This document shows positions 47,401 through 60,136 of a DNA stretch of 64,000 bases, in pieces. The notes under the pieces were generated by a model. The model saw only the letters and a list, made by a program, of their open reading frames with translations, did not search any database and was not told the DNA's origin. The stretch lies in the NCBI RefSeq assembly GCF_006345805.1, contig NC_043002.1, forward strand, positions 3,782,001 through 3,846,000, read 5' to 3'. Each line of letters begins with the position of its first letter. The stretch's first letter is position 1. This DNA is from Octopus sinensis. Its lineage: Eukaryota. Both the position numbers and the translations under genes were made by a program.

Positions 47401-47794
47401 TCTTTATATATAAAAATCAAGTTGTGTGTCTGTCTCCAACGATTTAGATTCCTAACTACTCCCACATTTTGCGGTGCAGTTTAACCAAAACCGGGTATCT
47501 TATAGTCATGATTCATATCGAGCCCTTCTGGGTATTAGCGCGCGTCTACGATGAGTCTACGATTTAAAAAAAAATTTACCATCATTTTTTTCATTTTAAT
47601 GCATTTTTCGCTATTATATAAGGGAAGTAACTCTCTAAAAATGTCTACGATGAGTCAACGATTTAAAAAAAAATTACCATCATTTTTTTCCATTTTTAAT
47701 GCATTTTTTTGCTACTTTTTGGCTATAACTCTCTAAAAATGCTTATATAGTTATTTCCCTTACAAACCCGAGCAACGCCGGGCGATACTGCTAG
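47401..47794 (+). mobile_element. Non-autonomous Helitron, head-to-tail with the previous copy
   Basis: Starts TCTTTATATATAAAA immediately after CTAG; ends with hairpin and CTAG. Confidence 0.88.
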
Positions 47795-48034
47795 TAAATG
47801 ATAAATTTCTATTTTTCTTCAGTAACGAGAGAAATGAAACCGAGTAACATTTAGTCCAGTTGTTCCACGTCTGTAACAGACTTTTCCAGGCGTTACGTCG
47901 AATTTCTCTAATTTTTCCTTTATTTAAATAAACCCTCCACAGGTTGAATTGACAACAACAATAACAAAAAGCTTGCTTTGTTTTGTTAATTGAGAAAGTT
48001 CAAAGTTCTCTTCGTTAATGCTGAAATCCGTTTA

Positions 48035-48410
48035 AAGGCGAAATGTTTAGCAGTATTCATCTGCCGTTACGTTCTGAGTTCAAATTCCGCCGAGGTCGAC
48101 TTTGCCTTTCATCCTTTCGGGGTCGATTAAATAAGTACCAGTTACGCACTGGGGTCGATATAATCGACTTAATCCGTTTGTTTGTCCTTGTTTGTCTTTG
48201 TTTGTCTCCTCTGTGTGTAGCCCCTGGTGGGTAGTAAAGAAATAGGTATTTCGTCTGCCGCTACGTTCTGAGTTCAAATTCCGTCGAGGCCGACTTTGCC
48301 TTTCTTCCTTTCGGGGTCGATAAATTAAGTACTTGTTGCATCTTGAGGTCGATCTAATCGACTGGCCCCTTCCCCCAAAATTTCGGGCCTTGTGTCTAGA
48401 GTAGAAAAGA
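48035..48410 (+). mobile_element. Dimeric SINE family B (two B-box/core units, two different tails)
   Basis: CTGAGTTCAAATTCCG occurs twice, each followed by the core. Confidence 0.85.
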
Positions 48411-48736
48411 AGGTAATTTTTTCAGAGTAACACCCACACGGCATATTAGGATGTTTCCTTCGTGAAAATTGTGCGGGTGTTACCCTGGAAAATTACCGAA
48501 TGCTGAATGATAAAATCATTTCCCTCGCTCCGGACATATTTGAGGAATAAAACTAAAAATGATAAAACTGAAATCTCAGCCAGACGAAAGGTAAGAAACC
48601 CCTCGCTTCTGCCCCATTGACGGGGAACTTAAACCCTTTGTAGAAGTGAAAGGATTTTGCAGAAATAAAATCCGAATAAAATCACCGAGTTGCTTTATAT
48701 TTACTTATAACCTTTCAATATACAAATGTATGTGGA

Positions 48737-49098
48737 GACGCAATAGTCCAGTGGTTAGGGCAGCGGACTCGCGGTTTCAATCCCCAGATCGGGCGTTGTG
48801 AGTGTTTATTGATCGAAAACATCTAAAGCTCCAGGGGGCTCCGACAGGGGATGGTGGTGATCCCTGCTGTACTCTTTCACCACAACTTTCTCTCACTCTT
48901 ACTTCCTGTTTCTGTTGTACCTGTATTTCAAAGGGTCAGCCTCGTCACACTTTGTGTCACGATGAATCACCCCGAGAACTATGTTAAGGGTACACGTGTC
49001 TATGGAGTGCTCAGCCACTTGCACGTTGATTTCACGAGCAGGCTGTTCCGTTGATCAGATCAACTGGAACCCTCGTCGTCGTAACCGACGGAGTGCCA
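48737..49098 (+). mobile_element. SINE family E, full length
   Basis: tRNA head, body and tail ..GTAACCGACGGAGTGCCA. Confidence 0.85.
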
Positions 49099-49450
49099 CA
49101 ATGACAAATGCATGTTTTGCAAGCCGTATAAACGTCGTTTACCAATATAATTGTAGAAAAATATTGGGCAAAAGATAACAAGACTAAAATATATATTCTT
49201 TATGTATTGCCAGAAGATAGACCAGCCTGCAGCCTGAAGTGGTGGAAGGGTAACCCAGAGGTTCGATTCTAAGCGAGGAATGAATGAGATTAAGTGACAA
49301 GATATAGCAGGGGAGACAACAACGCCTTGACTGAACCTGCGAGGAAAGAAGAAAATAGTTCTGCTCTTTATTAATAACATAATCGCAACTATTTAGCAAA
49401 TTGTTAATCCCTTGGGCGTAAAATTCTCAGTATCATTTTGATCTTTTCAC

Positions 49451-49985
<535 letters not shown>

Positions 49986-50230
49986 TGAATTATAAACTGT
50001 TTTAGCCTCCAAAGAACGTTGTAATGATCTGAAAAGATGGTAGTCAGGAGCAAGGTCGGGAAAGTAAGGAGCAGGGGGCAAAACTTCCATATTTAATGCC
50101 AGAATCTTTTCCTGTGTGATTTTGGTCAATACGTGGTCATCCAATATCGTAAGAGCAACATCTTTTTTTATGATTGACCAACGATGGGTGCTTTTCCTCC
50201 AAATTTTTGTGCAATGATGATAGTACTTCA
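49986..50230 (-). mobile_element. Mariner transposase relic (C-terminal catalytic region)
   Basis: Translation ..DHV..T.EKI..LNMEVLPPAPYFPDLAPDYHLFRSLQ matches the mariner HPPYSPDLAPSDYHLF motif. Confidence 0.85.
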
Positions 50231-50882
50231 TATTAAATGTCTCGTTTGGCCTTAACCCTTCATGTAAATAAATGTTTATTTAAATTAAAAAATTTGCCAG
50301 CAAAATCTCATAAGATGACAATTTTCTAAAAGAATATTTATATGAAAATAAAGTTCAGCCCTTCATGATAGACGACAACCTTCATTTACCTCCAAACACA
50401 AAGCCCAAGTTTTTTCCGGATGCGGTCCTGGTTTGGGGATGGATGCTCCATCGTCGTTTTCATTGGATATGGTTATCAAGGACCCACTTTTCATTACTTG
50501 TGATGATTCTGACTAAGCAAAGTCGATTGGCAAATCTATTCTTCAATGATGAGTAGGGGACTAGCATTTGATTAAGATGAGGAACAATCTGATGAGATGA
50601 ACACATTGGTCAAGCTCAAACACTTTTCCTGTTCACGAAGGTGTTTTATGGTCGAAGTGTGACTCAAACATACATATAAATTTATATGTATGTTCTTTGG
50701 CATAAGTCACATTTGATTTTAATTTTAAAATTTTAAATCTTTATTTAATAAAATTATGGCTTGCACGGTAAGGTTCGGCGAATTTATTTGTACACCTACA
50801 TGTTTGTTAGTTAGTTACATTTGTAACTGATAAAATATAAAAATATAGGAATAATTATAGAATTATAAATAAGTTATGGAGA

Positions 50883-50975
50883 ATCCTGATGATTGGGGTT
50901 GCAGTTAAGACATGTTTATGAAAAAAATAAGGGTCTCGGGAACGTTAAACGCACCTCATGAAACACGTGTAGAAG
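50883..50975 (+). ncRNA. Degenerate Penelope-type hammerhead motif
   Basis: CUGAUGA (50886-50892), stem II UGGGGUUGC/GCACCUCA with a mismatched first pair, GAAA, palindromic ACACGUGU, GUA triplet; stem I only 2 bp. Confidence 0.45.
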
Positions 50976-51318
50976 AGACATTTGGAACTGAAATAGAAAG
51001 TATTAAAATAAAATTCTATGATGTGGTGTGATGTATATTAGGATTTGATGAATTGCATGGGGACTATAATAAATATCCTGGAAACAGCTGTAAGACCTAT
51101 TTATAAATGTTCTGAAATCTTCACAGCCTTGGTGTTTTTTTTATCTCATTCTGAAAACAAAATAATTTTTTTATTTATACACATACTGATACATGACCCC
51201 CGTTTGGACTCCTCATTCGCATAATCACAGAACCTGGAGCTTAACTATGGTCTGTCCATAGCACTTACTCAGCATTACCTGAAACCTTTGGATCTTCTTG
51301 ACATCATTACCTCTCATA

Positions 51319-51392
<74 letters not shown>

Positions 51393-51469
51393 TATATATA
51401 TATATAATATATATATATATATATTTATGTACATATATGTATGCATATATGCATGTATTTATATATTTA

Positions 51470-51503
<34 letters not shown>

Positions 51504-51927
51504 TAAATTTATAAATTAATAAATAAAATATATGCATACATACATACATATTTGTACGTACCTACATCTACATGTATATAAACACGCATATATAAATATA
51601 TATATGTGAGTACAGGACACCACAAATAATATATATATATTGTATTTTGGGACGGTTATTATTTTTTTACCAAATAAACATACGCACTATATATGTGTTC
51701 TTCACTCATTTATTACTGTCCTTTTTTATTTTCAAAAAATTTCAGCTGAGTCCATTGTCCAAAAATCTTCCATTACACACCTGTGACCTCTTCAGCAACA
51801 CTTTTCATTTTCGAGTGAGCTCTTGCTCCACTTCCTCTATTCTGTTCTTCTAACATATGTATACTTACGTTCGCATGCATCTGCATCCATGCTTATATGT
51901 GTGTGTATGCGTGTGCATGTGTGTGTT

Positions 51928-51958
<31 letters not shown>

Positions 51959-52218
51959 TTGTGTGTGTTTGTTTGTATGTTTGTGCTTGTGTGTGTGTGT
52001 GTCATTGTTCCTAGCAGCAGCATGGCCTTCCCCTCAGCCCCATCCTCTCACCTCATTGTGCATCTGCTGCCCTAAGACCCGAAAATTTGGTAGAGTTCCT
52101 GTATCTCTCTGTAATACACACACAATAGACATATATGCACTTAGGTGTGATATATATAAGAAATAGAGATAGATAGATAAATATAGAATAAATAAATGTA
52201 TAAATATATTTGTCACAT

Positions 52219-52402
52219 ACTCTCTTTTACTCTTTTTACTCTTTTTACTTGTTTCAGTCATTTGACTGCGGCCATGCTGGAGCACCGCCTTTAATCGAGC
52301 AAATCGACCCCGGGACTTATTCTTTTGTAAGCCCAGTACTTATTTTATCGGTCTCTTTTGCCGAATCGCTAAGAACAGTGACACACACACACACACACAC
52401 AC
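52219..52402 (-). mobile_element. SINE family A, 3' half
   Basis: (AAGAGTA)n tail and 3' body. Confidence 0.85.
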
Positions 52403-52609
52403 ATTGTCGAGCTGTATATTCTCGGTTATGGTATTAAATTGGTAAGAGTGCCAACTATTTCGCTAGGTACTACTGAAGACTCACTCTTCTGACAAACTGG
52501 TCAGTGGTGTATGACCTTTTATCATTTTACCTGTCACCAACAATATATGTTGCACAATTATAACTGAACCATTTTACTTTTGGAGTGTTCTTTTTTCTTG
52601 ACAAACGTA

Positions 52610-52870
52610 GTAGTAGTAGTAGTAGTAAATGCCCTGATGCAGTACCAGGCAGTGGCTCTCATGGTTTCTCATCTTACCATTGTCTTGGTATAAAAGATGG
52701 GCTACAGCAAATATTCTGCTCAATACCACAGATTTGCTTGTCAGTTGTTTGACCTTAACCAGTTGAGTATGTCCCTTAGTGACTGACGATATGTGCATCT
52801 CTGATCACGAGCAGAAGTAGTGGGGGAACATCATAGACATGTGTTGAGAGGGATTCTTCGGGTTTTGAAT
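52610..52870 (-). mobile_element. Dispersed repeat family G
   Basis: Reverse complement of 31512-31745. Confidence 0.7.
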
Positions 52871-52924
52871 AATTCACTTCTCGAAGCATTGATGTTTTGT
52901 GCATCATCCTTAAAACAAACCTTA

Positions 52925-54852
52925 TCCGGGGATGCATCGAATGGATGTGTTGCTGATCATTACAGACCAATTTCCTGCCTCCTGTTAATTTGGAAATTAC
53001 TGTCAGGAGGAATTGCAGAAGAACTGTATAAATTTCTTGATGCAAACGATATATTACCACTGGAACAAAAAAACTGTAGGAGATGCAGAGGAACCAAAGA
53101 CTAATTACTGATAGACAAAATGGTAATGCAAGATTGTAAACGAAGGAGAACAAATTTGAGAATGTCTTAGATTGTCTATCGCAAAGCTTATGATATGATT
53201 CCACATTCGTGGATCATCGAATGCTTAGATCTGTTTGGAACTGTGAGGAATGTAACTTGTTTCCTAAAGCGAAGTATGGTGGGATGGAAAACTGAACTGA
53301 CATCTTCTGGGTATCAGAAGAGGGATTTTCCAGGGTGACAGCCTATCTCTGTTGCTTTTCGCTCTCTGCATGATACTCCTGACCTTGTTACTCAGGGAAA
53401 TGACCCTGGGGTACCAACTAAAGGAAAAATCCCAAACAATCAACCATCTACTCATCATGGATGATTTGAAACTGTATGGCATGGATGAGACACAAGTGAG
53501 TCCCCTGGTGAACACAGTCCACTGTTTTAGTACTGATATTAGAATGGAGTTTGGACACAAGGAGCGCAGAATAATCTACCTAAAAAGAGGCAAGGTACAG
53601 TCCCTAACAGGGATAGAATTACCGAATAAAGACTTGGTTAAGCAAATTGAAACGGAAGGATGCAAATACATTGGTGCAATAGACTGCTACGAAATGATGG
53701 AAACTGAGCAATATTAGCATCACTTCGGTATGGAGCGGGAATTATAAAATGGCAAAAGAGAGAAATGAAGAAAATAGATACCAAGACCAGAAATATGTTG
53801 ACAGTACACGGAGCCTTCCACTCTAAGGGTGACACCGATAGGCTGTACTTCTTCAGAAGAAAGGGAGGGAGAGGTTTGATCAGTTGCCAGGACTGTATCG
53901 AAGCAGAGGGAAACAGCTCAGGGTGGCATATAAAAAATGCTGTGGAGCACACAAAGACCTGTGTCATCAAAACTGAGAATTGAGTAACGAAAGAAAAGTT
54001 TAAGCAATAAAAGAACAAAAAAAAAGCATGGAAGGAAAAGAAAAAGCTTGCAAAAGATGAGAACGCCAAGACGGATGTAGAGGACCAGTGGCTATGGACG
54101 AGGAGGAGTGACCTGAAGATAGAGACACAAGCACTCATATGCGCTGCTCAGGAACAAGAGTTAATGACCAATTATATGAAGTGCAGGATAGACAACACAA
54201 CCGATAGCGACAAATGCAGAATGTATGGTGAGAGGAGTGAAACGGTATGCAACATCGTTAGCGAATGCCCGAAATTCGCATAATGCAAATACAAAAGACG
54301 CCATGAGAATGTGGCAAGAATGATTCAATGGGAAATCATGGCTGACAAAGAGCAAAGACGTGGAATGAAGAAAACCCAGAAGGAATCACTGAGAATTGCA
54401 AAATTCTGTGGGATGTAATGATCCAGTGTGATCACCTGACCAGACATGAGAAACCGGACATTGTTGTGGTGAATAAGAAAGAAAGAACATGTATGATAAT
54501 CGACATAGCATACCCGGGGACAACAGGATCAATGGGAAAGAAACAGAAAAAATAAACAATTTGAAGTGGGAAATGCGAAGGTTGTGGTCAATGAGGAGAG
54601 TAGATGTGATGCCAATAGTAATTGGTGCACTTGGAAGTATCAGCACTCAACTAGCAACATGGCTGAAAAGGATTGGTGCAAGTGTGAAGGTAGAACACCT
54701 CCAAAAATCAGCTTTGCTTGGAGCTGCAAGAATTCTTGGCAGGGTTCTTGAAGCATGACCAGTAAAACAAGTGTCACGTTAGTCTGCTGGCTGCGGACAG
54801 CTGACACTTTCCACCTTTCTCAGAAAAATAAGCCGTGAGTTTTTGTCAAATA
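52925..54852 (+). mobile_element. R4/Dong-clade (RLE-type) LINE relic, 5'-truncated
   Basis: YRPISCL, YRKAYDMIPHSWI, RGIFQGDSLS, HLLIMDDLKLY, CRM..ET..IVSEC, KPDIVVV, PIVIGALG, LQKSALLGAARILGRVL*; short 3' UTR then TAA/(TGA)n. Confidence 0.92.
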
Positions 54853-54854
54853 AT

Positions 54855-54950
54855 GATGATGATGATGGTGGTGGTGGTGGTGGTGATGGTGGTGGTGGTG
54901 ATGGTGGTGGTGGTGGTGGTGATGGTGATGATAATGATGATGATGATCCT
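54855..54950. repeat. (GAT)/(GGT)n microsatellite
   Basis: Direct. Confidence 0.9.
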
Positions 54951-55289
54951 TGCTACTAAAAATAATACCCAAAAGCTTTCCAGTCCTAGTTTAGCGTAAC
55001 ATTTCAGGAATATATACTTCATAAGGACAGTCTTTGGTTTTTAGGAACATATATTTGTGGAACTATACTAAAATAGACTTGCAGAATTGGAGTTAGTGAA
55101 ACGAATATGCAAATGAAATGATGACCCCTTGTAAACAATCCTAGTGTAATGGCTTCAAAACATTAAGCTGTGTGGCAATTAAAAAGGGAAATCTGTGGTA
55201 AATGTTTCAAATTTTGACAAAAGGGAGTCGATTTTTGGTGGGAGGAATGGAAGAAAAACGTTAATTGATGCTGACGACCCCATTATTGG

Positions 55290-55610
55290 ACAAACATTTT
55301 GTTTTATTGATCTCGGAAGGATAAAGGGTGAAGTTGACCTCGGCTCTATTTGAACTCAAAACGTTAAGAACCAGAAGAAATCCTGCGAAGCATTTTGTCC
55401 AACTCACCATCTCAGTGACATCTGAAACAACCTTTTCTACTCTAGGTAAAAGGGGCCTGAGATTTTAAAAGGAGCGCGTTTGGGTGGATGGGAGGCTGGT
55501 CGATTACATCGACTCCCTAGAGCTCCCGAAACCGATGGTTGAGACCGGGGGAATTTGAACTCAAAACGTAAACCCTGAAGAAATGCCACTAAGCATTTTG
55601 TCCGGCTTCA
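55290..55610 (-). mobile_element. Two diverged SINE family B fragments
   Basis: ATTTGAACTCAAAACGT B-box region occurs twice. Confidence 0.6.
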
Positions 55611-55790
55611 AAAGAAAAGGGGGCAACCAATTCTTTCTTGTCCACCAAACTTTGTTTCCAATTTGTCATGAAACAAAAACAAAACCGGAAAGTATATTTA
55701 AAATCGATTTTTAAGTCCAGTAGGTGTTTCGAGGGTCCCAAGTTCAATAAATAATTTCAGTGATGGAGTCTGACTTTAATTTAAATATTA

Positions 55791-56168
55791 CTAGCAGTAT
55801 CGCCCGGCGTTGCTCGGGTTTGTAAGGGAAATAACTATATAAGCATTTTTAGAGAGTTATAGCAAAAAAGTTGCAAAAAAATGCATTAAAAATGGAAAAA
55901 AAATGAAGGTAAATTTTTTAAAAATCGTTGACTCATCGTAGACATTTTTTCCCTTATATAATAGCGAAAAAATGCATTAAAATGGGAAAAAACGATGGTA
56001 AATTTTTTTTTAAATCGTAGACGCGCACTAATACCCAGAAGGGCTCGATATGAATCACGACTATAAGATACCCGTTTTTGGTTACACTGCACCGCAAAAT
56101 GTGGGAGTAGTTAGGAATCTAAATCGTAGGAGACAGACAGCACACAACCTCACTTTTATATTTAAAGA
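55791..56168 (-). mobile_element. Non-autonomous Helitron
   Basis: CTAG plus hairpin at the left end, TC..TATAAAA at the right end; matches 47401-47794. Confidence 0.88.
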
Positions 56169-56442
56169 TTAATACCACTCAACAAATGGAAGTCACTTGG
56201 GCTGGCCTCAGTCAAAGAAATAAACGGTGCTGTGGCATACGTTGTTTTTTTTCTAGACACTATGGTGTAGTTTAAGGAAGATTCGGCTGCTATTTCTAGT
56301 AAACTGAGAGATCAGGCAAAACCTTCGTGTCTGCACATTTCCACGGCAATGGAGATGAGCAAGAACGATAACGTTAACAATGCACGCCTTTGATCTGTTC
56401 AAATTACATTATTTGAAATGTTTCTAAGTTCTTTATCATTAA

Positions 56443-56737
56443 CTAGCAGTATCACCCGGCGTTGCTCGGGTTTGTAAGGGAAATAACTATAAAGCATTTT
56501 TAGAAAGTTATAGCAAAAAAATAGCAAAAAATGCATTAAAAATGGAAAAAAAATTATGGTAATTTTTTTTTTAAATCGTTGACTCATCGTAGACGCGCGC
56601 TAATACCCAGAAGGGCTCGATATGAATCACGACTATAAGATACCCAGTTTTGGTTAAACTGCACCGCAAAATGTGGGAGTAGTTAGGAATCTAAATCGTA
56701 GGAGACAGACACACAACTTCACTTTTATATATATAGA
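56443..56737 (-). mobile_element. Non-autonomous Helitron (third unit of a tandem array)
   Basis: Both termini present. Confidence 0.88.
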
Positions 56738-57112
56738 CTAGCAGTATCGCCCGGCGTTGCTCTGGTTTGTAAGGGAAATAACTATAAAGCATTTTTAGTG
56801 AGTTATAGCAAAAAAATAGCAAAAAATGCATTAAAAATGGAATAAAAAATGATGGTAATTTTTTTTTTAATCGTTGACTCATCGTAGACATTTTTAGAGA
56901 GTTACTTCCCTTATATAATAGCGAAAAATGCATTAAAATGGAATAAAAAATCATAGACTCATCGTAGTCGCGCGCTAATACCCAGAAGGGCTCGATATGA
57001 ATCACGACTATAAGATACCCGGTTTTGGTTACACTGCACCGCAAAATGTGGGAGTAGTTAGGAATCTAAATCGTAGGAGACAGACACACAACCTTACTTT
57101 TATATATAAAGA
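56738..57112 (-). mobile_element. Non-autonomous Helitron (second unit)
   Basis: Abuts 56443-56737 with no spacer. Confidence 0.88.
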
Positions 57113-57628
57113 TTTGTGCAACAACTAAAACATTCGGTTGTGCAAATTGTTTGCACAGGAAACCTGCCCTGTGTGGCGGTTTTTGCCGTTTTTCTGGATC
57201 TGTTTCAGCTTTTTTAGCGATTTCTGTTTTGGCGACTTCAAGCCATGAAGTCGTTGTTCTAAAAGAACGCTGGTCTCCTTGACAACGCATTACGACGTTG
57301 ATTTCCTTACACTCCCTTCCCCACAGCTTCACAAGGGAGGGAAGAAGGGGGAGAAGCAACACAGGTGCAGGTGTGAGCGTGGACGCCAACTCCGCCGCCA
57401 TCGACACACGAAAAAATATGCATTAAAATGGAATAAAAAATGATGTTAAATTATTTTTAAAATCGTAGACTCATTGTAGACGCGCACTAATACCCAGACG
57501 GGCTCGATATGAATCACGACTATAAGATACCCGAATTTGGTTAAACTGCACCGCAAAATGCGGGAGTAGTTAGGAATCTAAATCGAAGGGGACAGACACT
57601 CACACAACTACAGTTTTATATATATAGA
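57113..57628 (-). mobile_element. Helitron 5' part with captured segment, lacking its own 3' end (first unit)
   Basis: 5' TCTATATATATAAAACTGTAGTTG matches 46904; captured block matches 47100-47300 and runs directly into the next 5' end. Confidence 0.82.
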
Positions 57629-57854
57629 TTTCCAGAAACAAAAAAATAAATGCGAGTTTCGTCATCAACAAGAAAAATAACATTATAAGTACATCATTTG
57701 AAAATAATCTGGTGAAAATTTGAGAAGCTTCAAGTGGTTGGGAGAAAAATTTAAGAAGATCCCCAACCCATTAAAATAATGTTTAAAATGTCTTAAAACT
57801 TTGACATACACGTTGAATAAATTCCAAAACTTCTAAGAAGTCGTAGTAAAGTTT

Positions 57855-57925
57855 AAAAGGGAGTAGTTAGGAATCTAAATCGTAGGAGACAGACAGACAC
57901 ACAACCTCACTTTTATATATAAAGA
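57855..57925 (-). mobile_element. Helitron 5'-end fragment
   Basis: Matches 56095-56168, including the flank. Confidence 0.75.
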
Positions 57926-58169
57926 TTAATACCACTCAAGAAATGGAAGTCACTTGGGCTGGCCTCAGTCCAAGAAATAAACGGTTCTGTGGCATACGTC
58001 GTCCTTTTTCTAGACACTCTAAACATACGGCCTTACTTGAGTTATTCCCCTTGTAATTGACTTGTGGACTTTTACTGACAAAAGAAAGTTTTGATGTCGC
58101 GGATGGAAATTTGTCTCAAAGAGTTATCTAAAGAGTTATGTGTGGTGTTACCATAGCAACAGGTCACTG

Positions 58170-58575
58170 GTGTGTGCGTGTGCAAGCATATGTGTGTGTG
58201 GTGTTTATTTATGCGCGCGCGCGTGTGTCTGTGTGCATATGTATGTATAGTGTGTGTGTGTGTATGCATGTGTGTGCATGCGTGTCCATACATGTGTGTC
58301 TGTGTGTGCGCGTGTGCATGCATATATGTGTGTAATGTGTGTGTGTGCATGCATATATGTGTGTGTGTGTGTGCGTGTGTGCGCATGCATATGTGTGTGT
58401 GTGTGTGTGCGCGCGCATGCATATATGTGTGTGTGCATGCATATATGTGTGTATGCGTGCGTGTGCATGTGGTGTGCATGCATGTGTGTGCGTGCGTGTA
58501 CTTGCATATATATGTGTGTATGTGTACATGCATATATGTGTTTGTGTGTTTATGCGCGTGTGTGTATGTATGTGT
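58170..58575. repeat. Degenerate (GT)/(GCAT)n simple repeat
   Basis: Direct. Confidence 0.9.
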
Positions 58576-58818
58576 ACCGGATATTCGAACCCCAACCGCT
58601 AGATACTCGGCTGTGGTAAGATATGACTTACTCGGCTTTTCTAAAAGTTAACCACTTGTGCCCCATGAAAATAGTTCGGTGCTTAACTCATGACAGGGTG
58701 TTGAGGGCGGCCGACAGATTCACACGCCTGACCTCTTGCCAACTCAGACGACCGACAGACTACTAGAAACTGCCCCACCCCCAGTATGGAGCAGACAGCT
58801 CACGGAACCTAAACACAT

Positions 58819-58995
58819 CAAGGGGCGGACTGAACCGTCGGGCAATCGGACACTCCTCGAGGGTCCGGAGCTCTGAGAGGCTCGCCCTCTACATGTTAAC
58901 TCAACCAAAACACAAAGGGGCCTAGTAAAAAAACACAAAGGGGCCTAGTAAACATTTATGCCTGAGGGCCCTCAATTCTCTCAGTCCGCCCCATG
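58819..58995. mobile_element. Putative MITE
   Basis: TIRs CAAGGGGCGGACTGA / TCAGTCCGCCCCATG (14/15 match). Confidence 0.55.
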
Positions 58996-59069
58996 ATGTC
59001 ACACAAATAGCGTTTTTTTTATATTTTCAGAGCAGTTTTCTTCGCTTCTCATTCGGCTATTATTAATAT

Positions 59070-59165
59070 TGGTTTCGAATTTTGACACAAGGCCAGTAAA
59101 TTCAGAGGAGGGGTTAAATCGTGTACATCGACCTCAGTACATGACTGGTACTTATTTATTGACGA
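59070..59165 (-). mobile_element. SINE family B 3' fragment
   Basis: AATAAGTACCAGTCA..GAGGTCGATGTA..CCTTGTGTCAAAATT tail. Confidence 0.6.
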
Positions 59166-59401
59166 TTCCGCCAGCACGCCACCTTCTACCGATTATAATA
59201 ATCATTAATATTGCTCATTGCAATTCGCCAACACCAAATATCGTTATTATGCGGCAATAAATATCGAGTTAAACGTTCGTGCGTTTGCTTCAGGTATTAA
59301 AGCAATTTCTTTTTACTCTTTTTGCATCAATGTGTTGGCAACTCTATTTGAAACAGGTTTGTAAAATATTCGTTGGGTGTCAACTACAGTTATCTTCCTG
59401 T

Positions 59402-59421
59402 CGAATGTTCTAGAACATTCC
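59402..59421. promoter_or_regulatory. Perfect four-unit heat shock element
   Basis: cGAAt gTTCt aGAAc aTTCc; contains the 18-bp palindrome GAATGTTCTAGAACATTC. Confidence 0.5.
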
Positions 59422-59743
59422 AAGCAAACATTGGTTAGCTCCCACTTTACTAGCATACAAGGCGTAACTGCTATGAATTCGTTTGTTACGCATCTGAATA
59501 AAAGCTTGGACACGAAGTTATTCACACACAGACACACAAGTGTTGTTGTCACTTACTGCACCAGAGGCATTTCACACTCATTGGATTAATGACACAGTCC
59601 AGTCATTAAAGTGTTGACATCTTCATTAGCGACTTCCTTCACTAAGAACATTTTATTCCCTGAGTACTATATTCTGCCATTAGAACTGCACGATTGCGAC
59701 ATATTTTTCTGATATGTGAATGCGATATTGAAGTAGTGTTTAC

Positions 59744-59827
59744 CTGAGGATGGTCGTGCACCGATGTCCTTGATCGTGGTTTTGATAAAGTAGCAGAGAC
59801 TCTTCCTTAAGATTTACTAACCATTTA
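59744..59827 (-). CDS. Candidate internal exon (xKWLVNLKEESLLLYQNHDQGHRCTTIL), phase 2-2
   Basis: Acceptor TTTTGTATTGCTTCAG|, donor CAG|GTAAAC, 84 bp open in only one frame. Confidence 0.4.
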
Positions 59828-59896
59828 CTGAAGCAATACAAAACTTCAGATGTGATTGTATTTGATGGGAAATGGTGTTCCGAAGTTTACATTTTT

Positions 59897-60103
59897 ATTC
59901 TTTTACTTGTTTCCGCCAATTGACTGCGGTCATGCTGGAGCAGCACCTTTAGTCGAACAAATCGACCACACGACTTATTCTTTGTAAGCCTAGTACTCAT
60001 TCTATCGGTTACTTTTGTCGAATCGCTAAGTTACGGAGATGTAAATACACCAGCATCAGTTAACAAACGATGGTGGAGGACAAACACAGACACACACACA
60101 AAT

Positions 60104-60135
<32 letters not shown>
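59897..60135 (-). mobile_element. SINE family A, 3' half
   Basis: 3' body and microsatellite. Confidence 0.8.
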
Positions 60136-60136
<1 letters not shown>

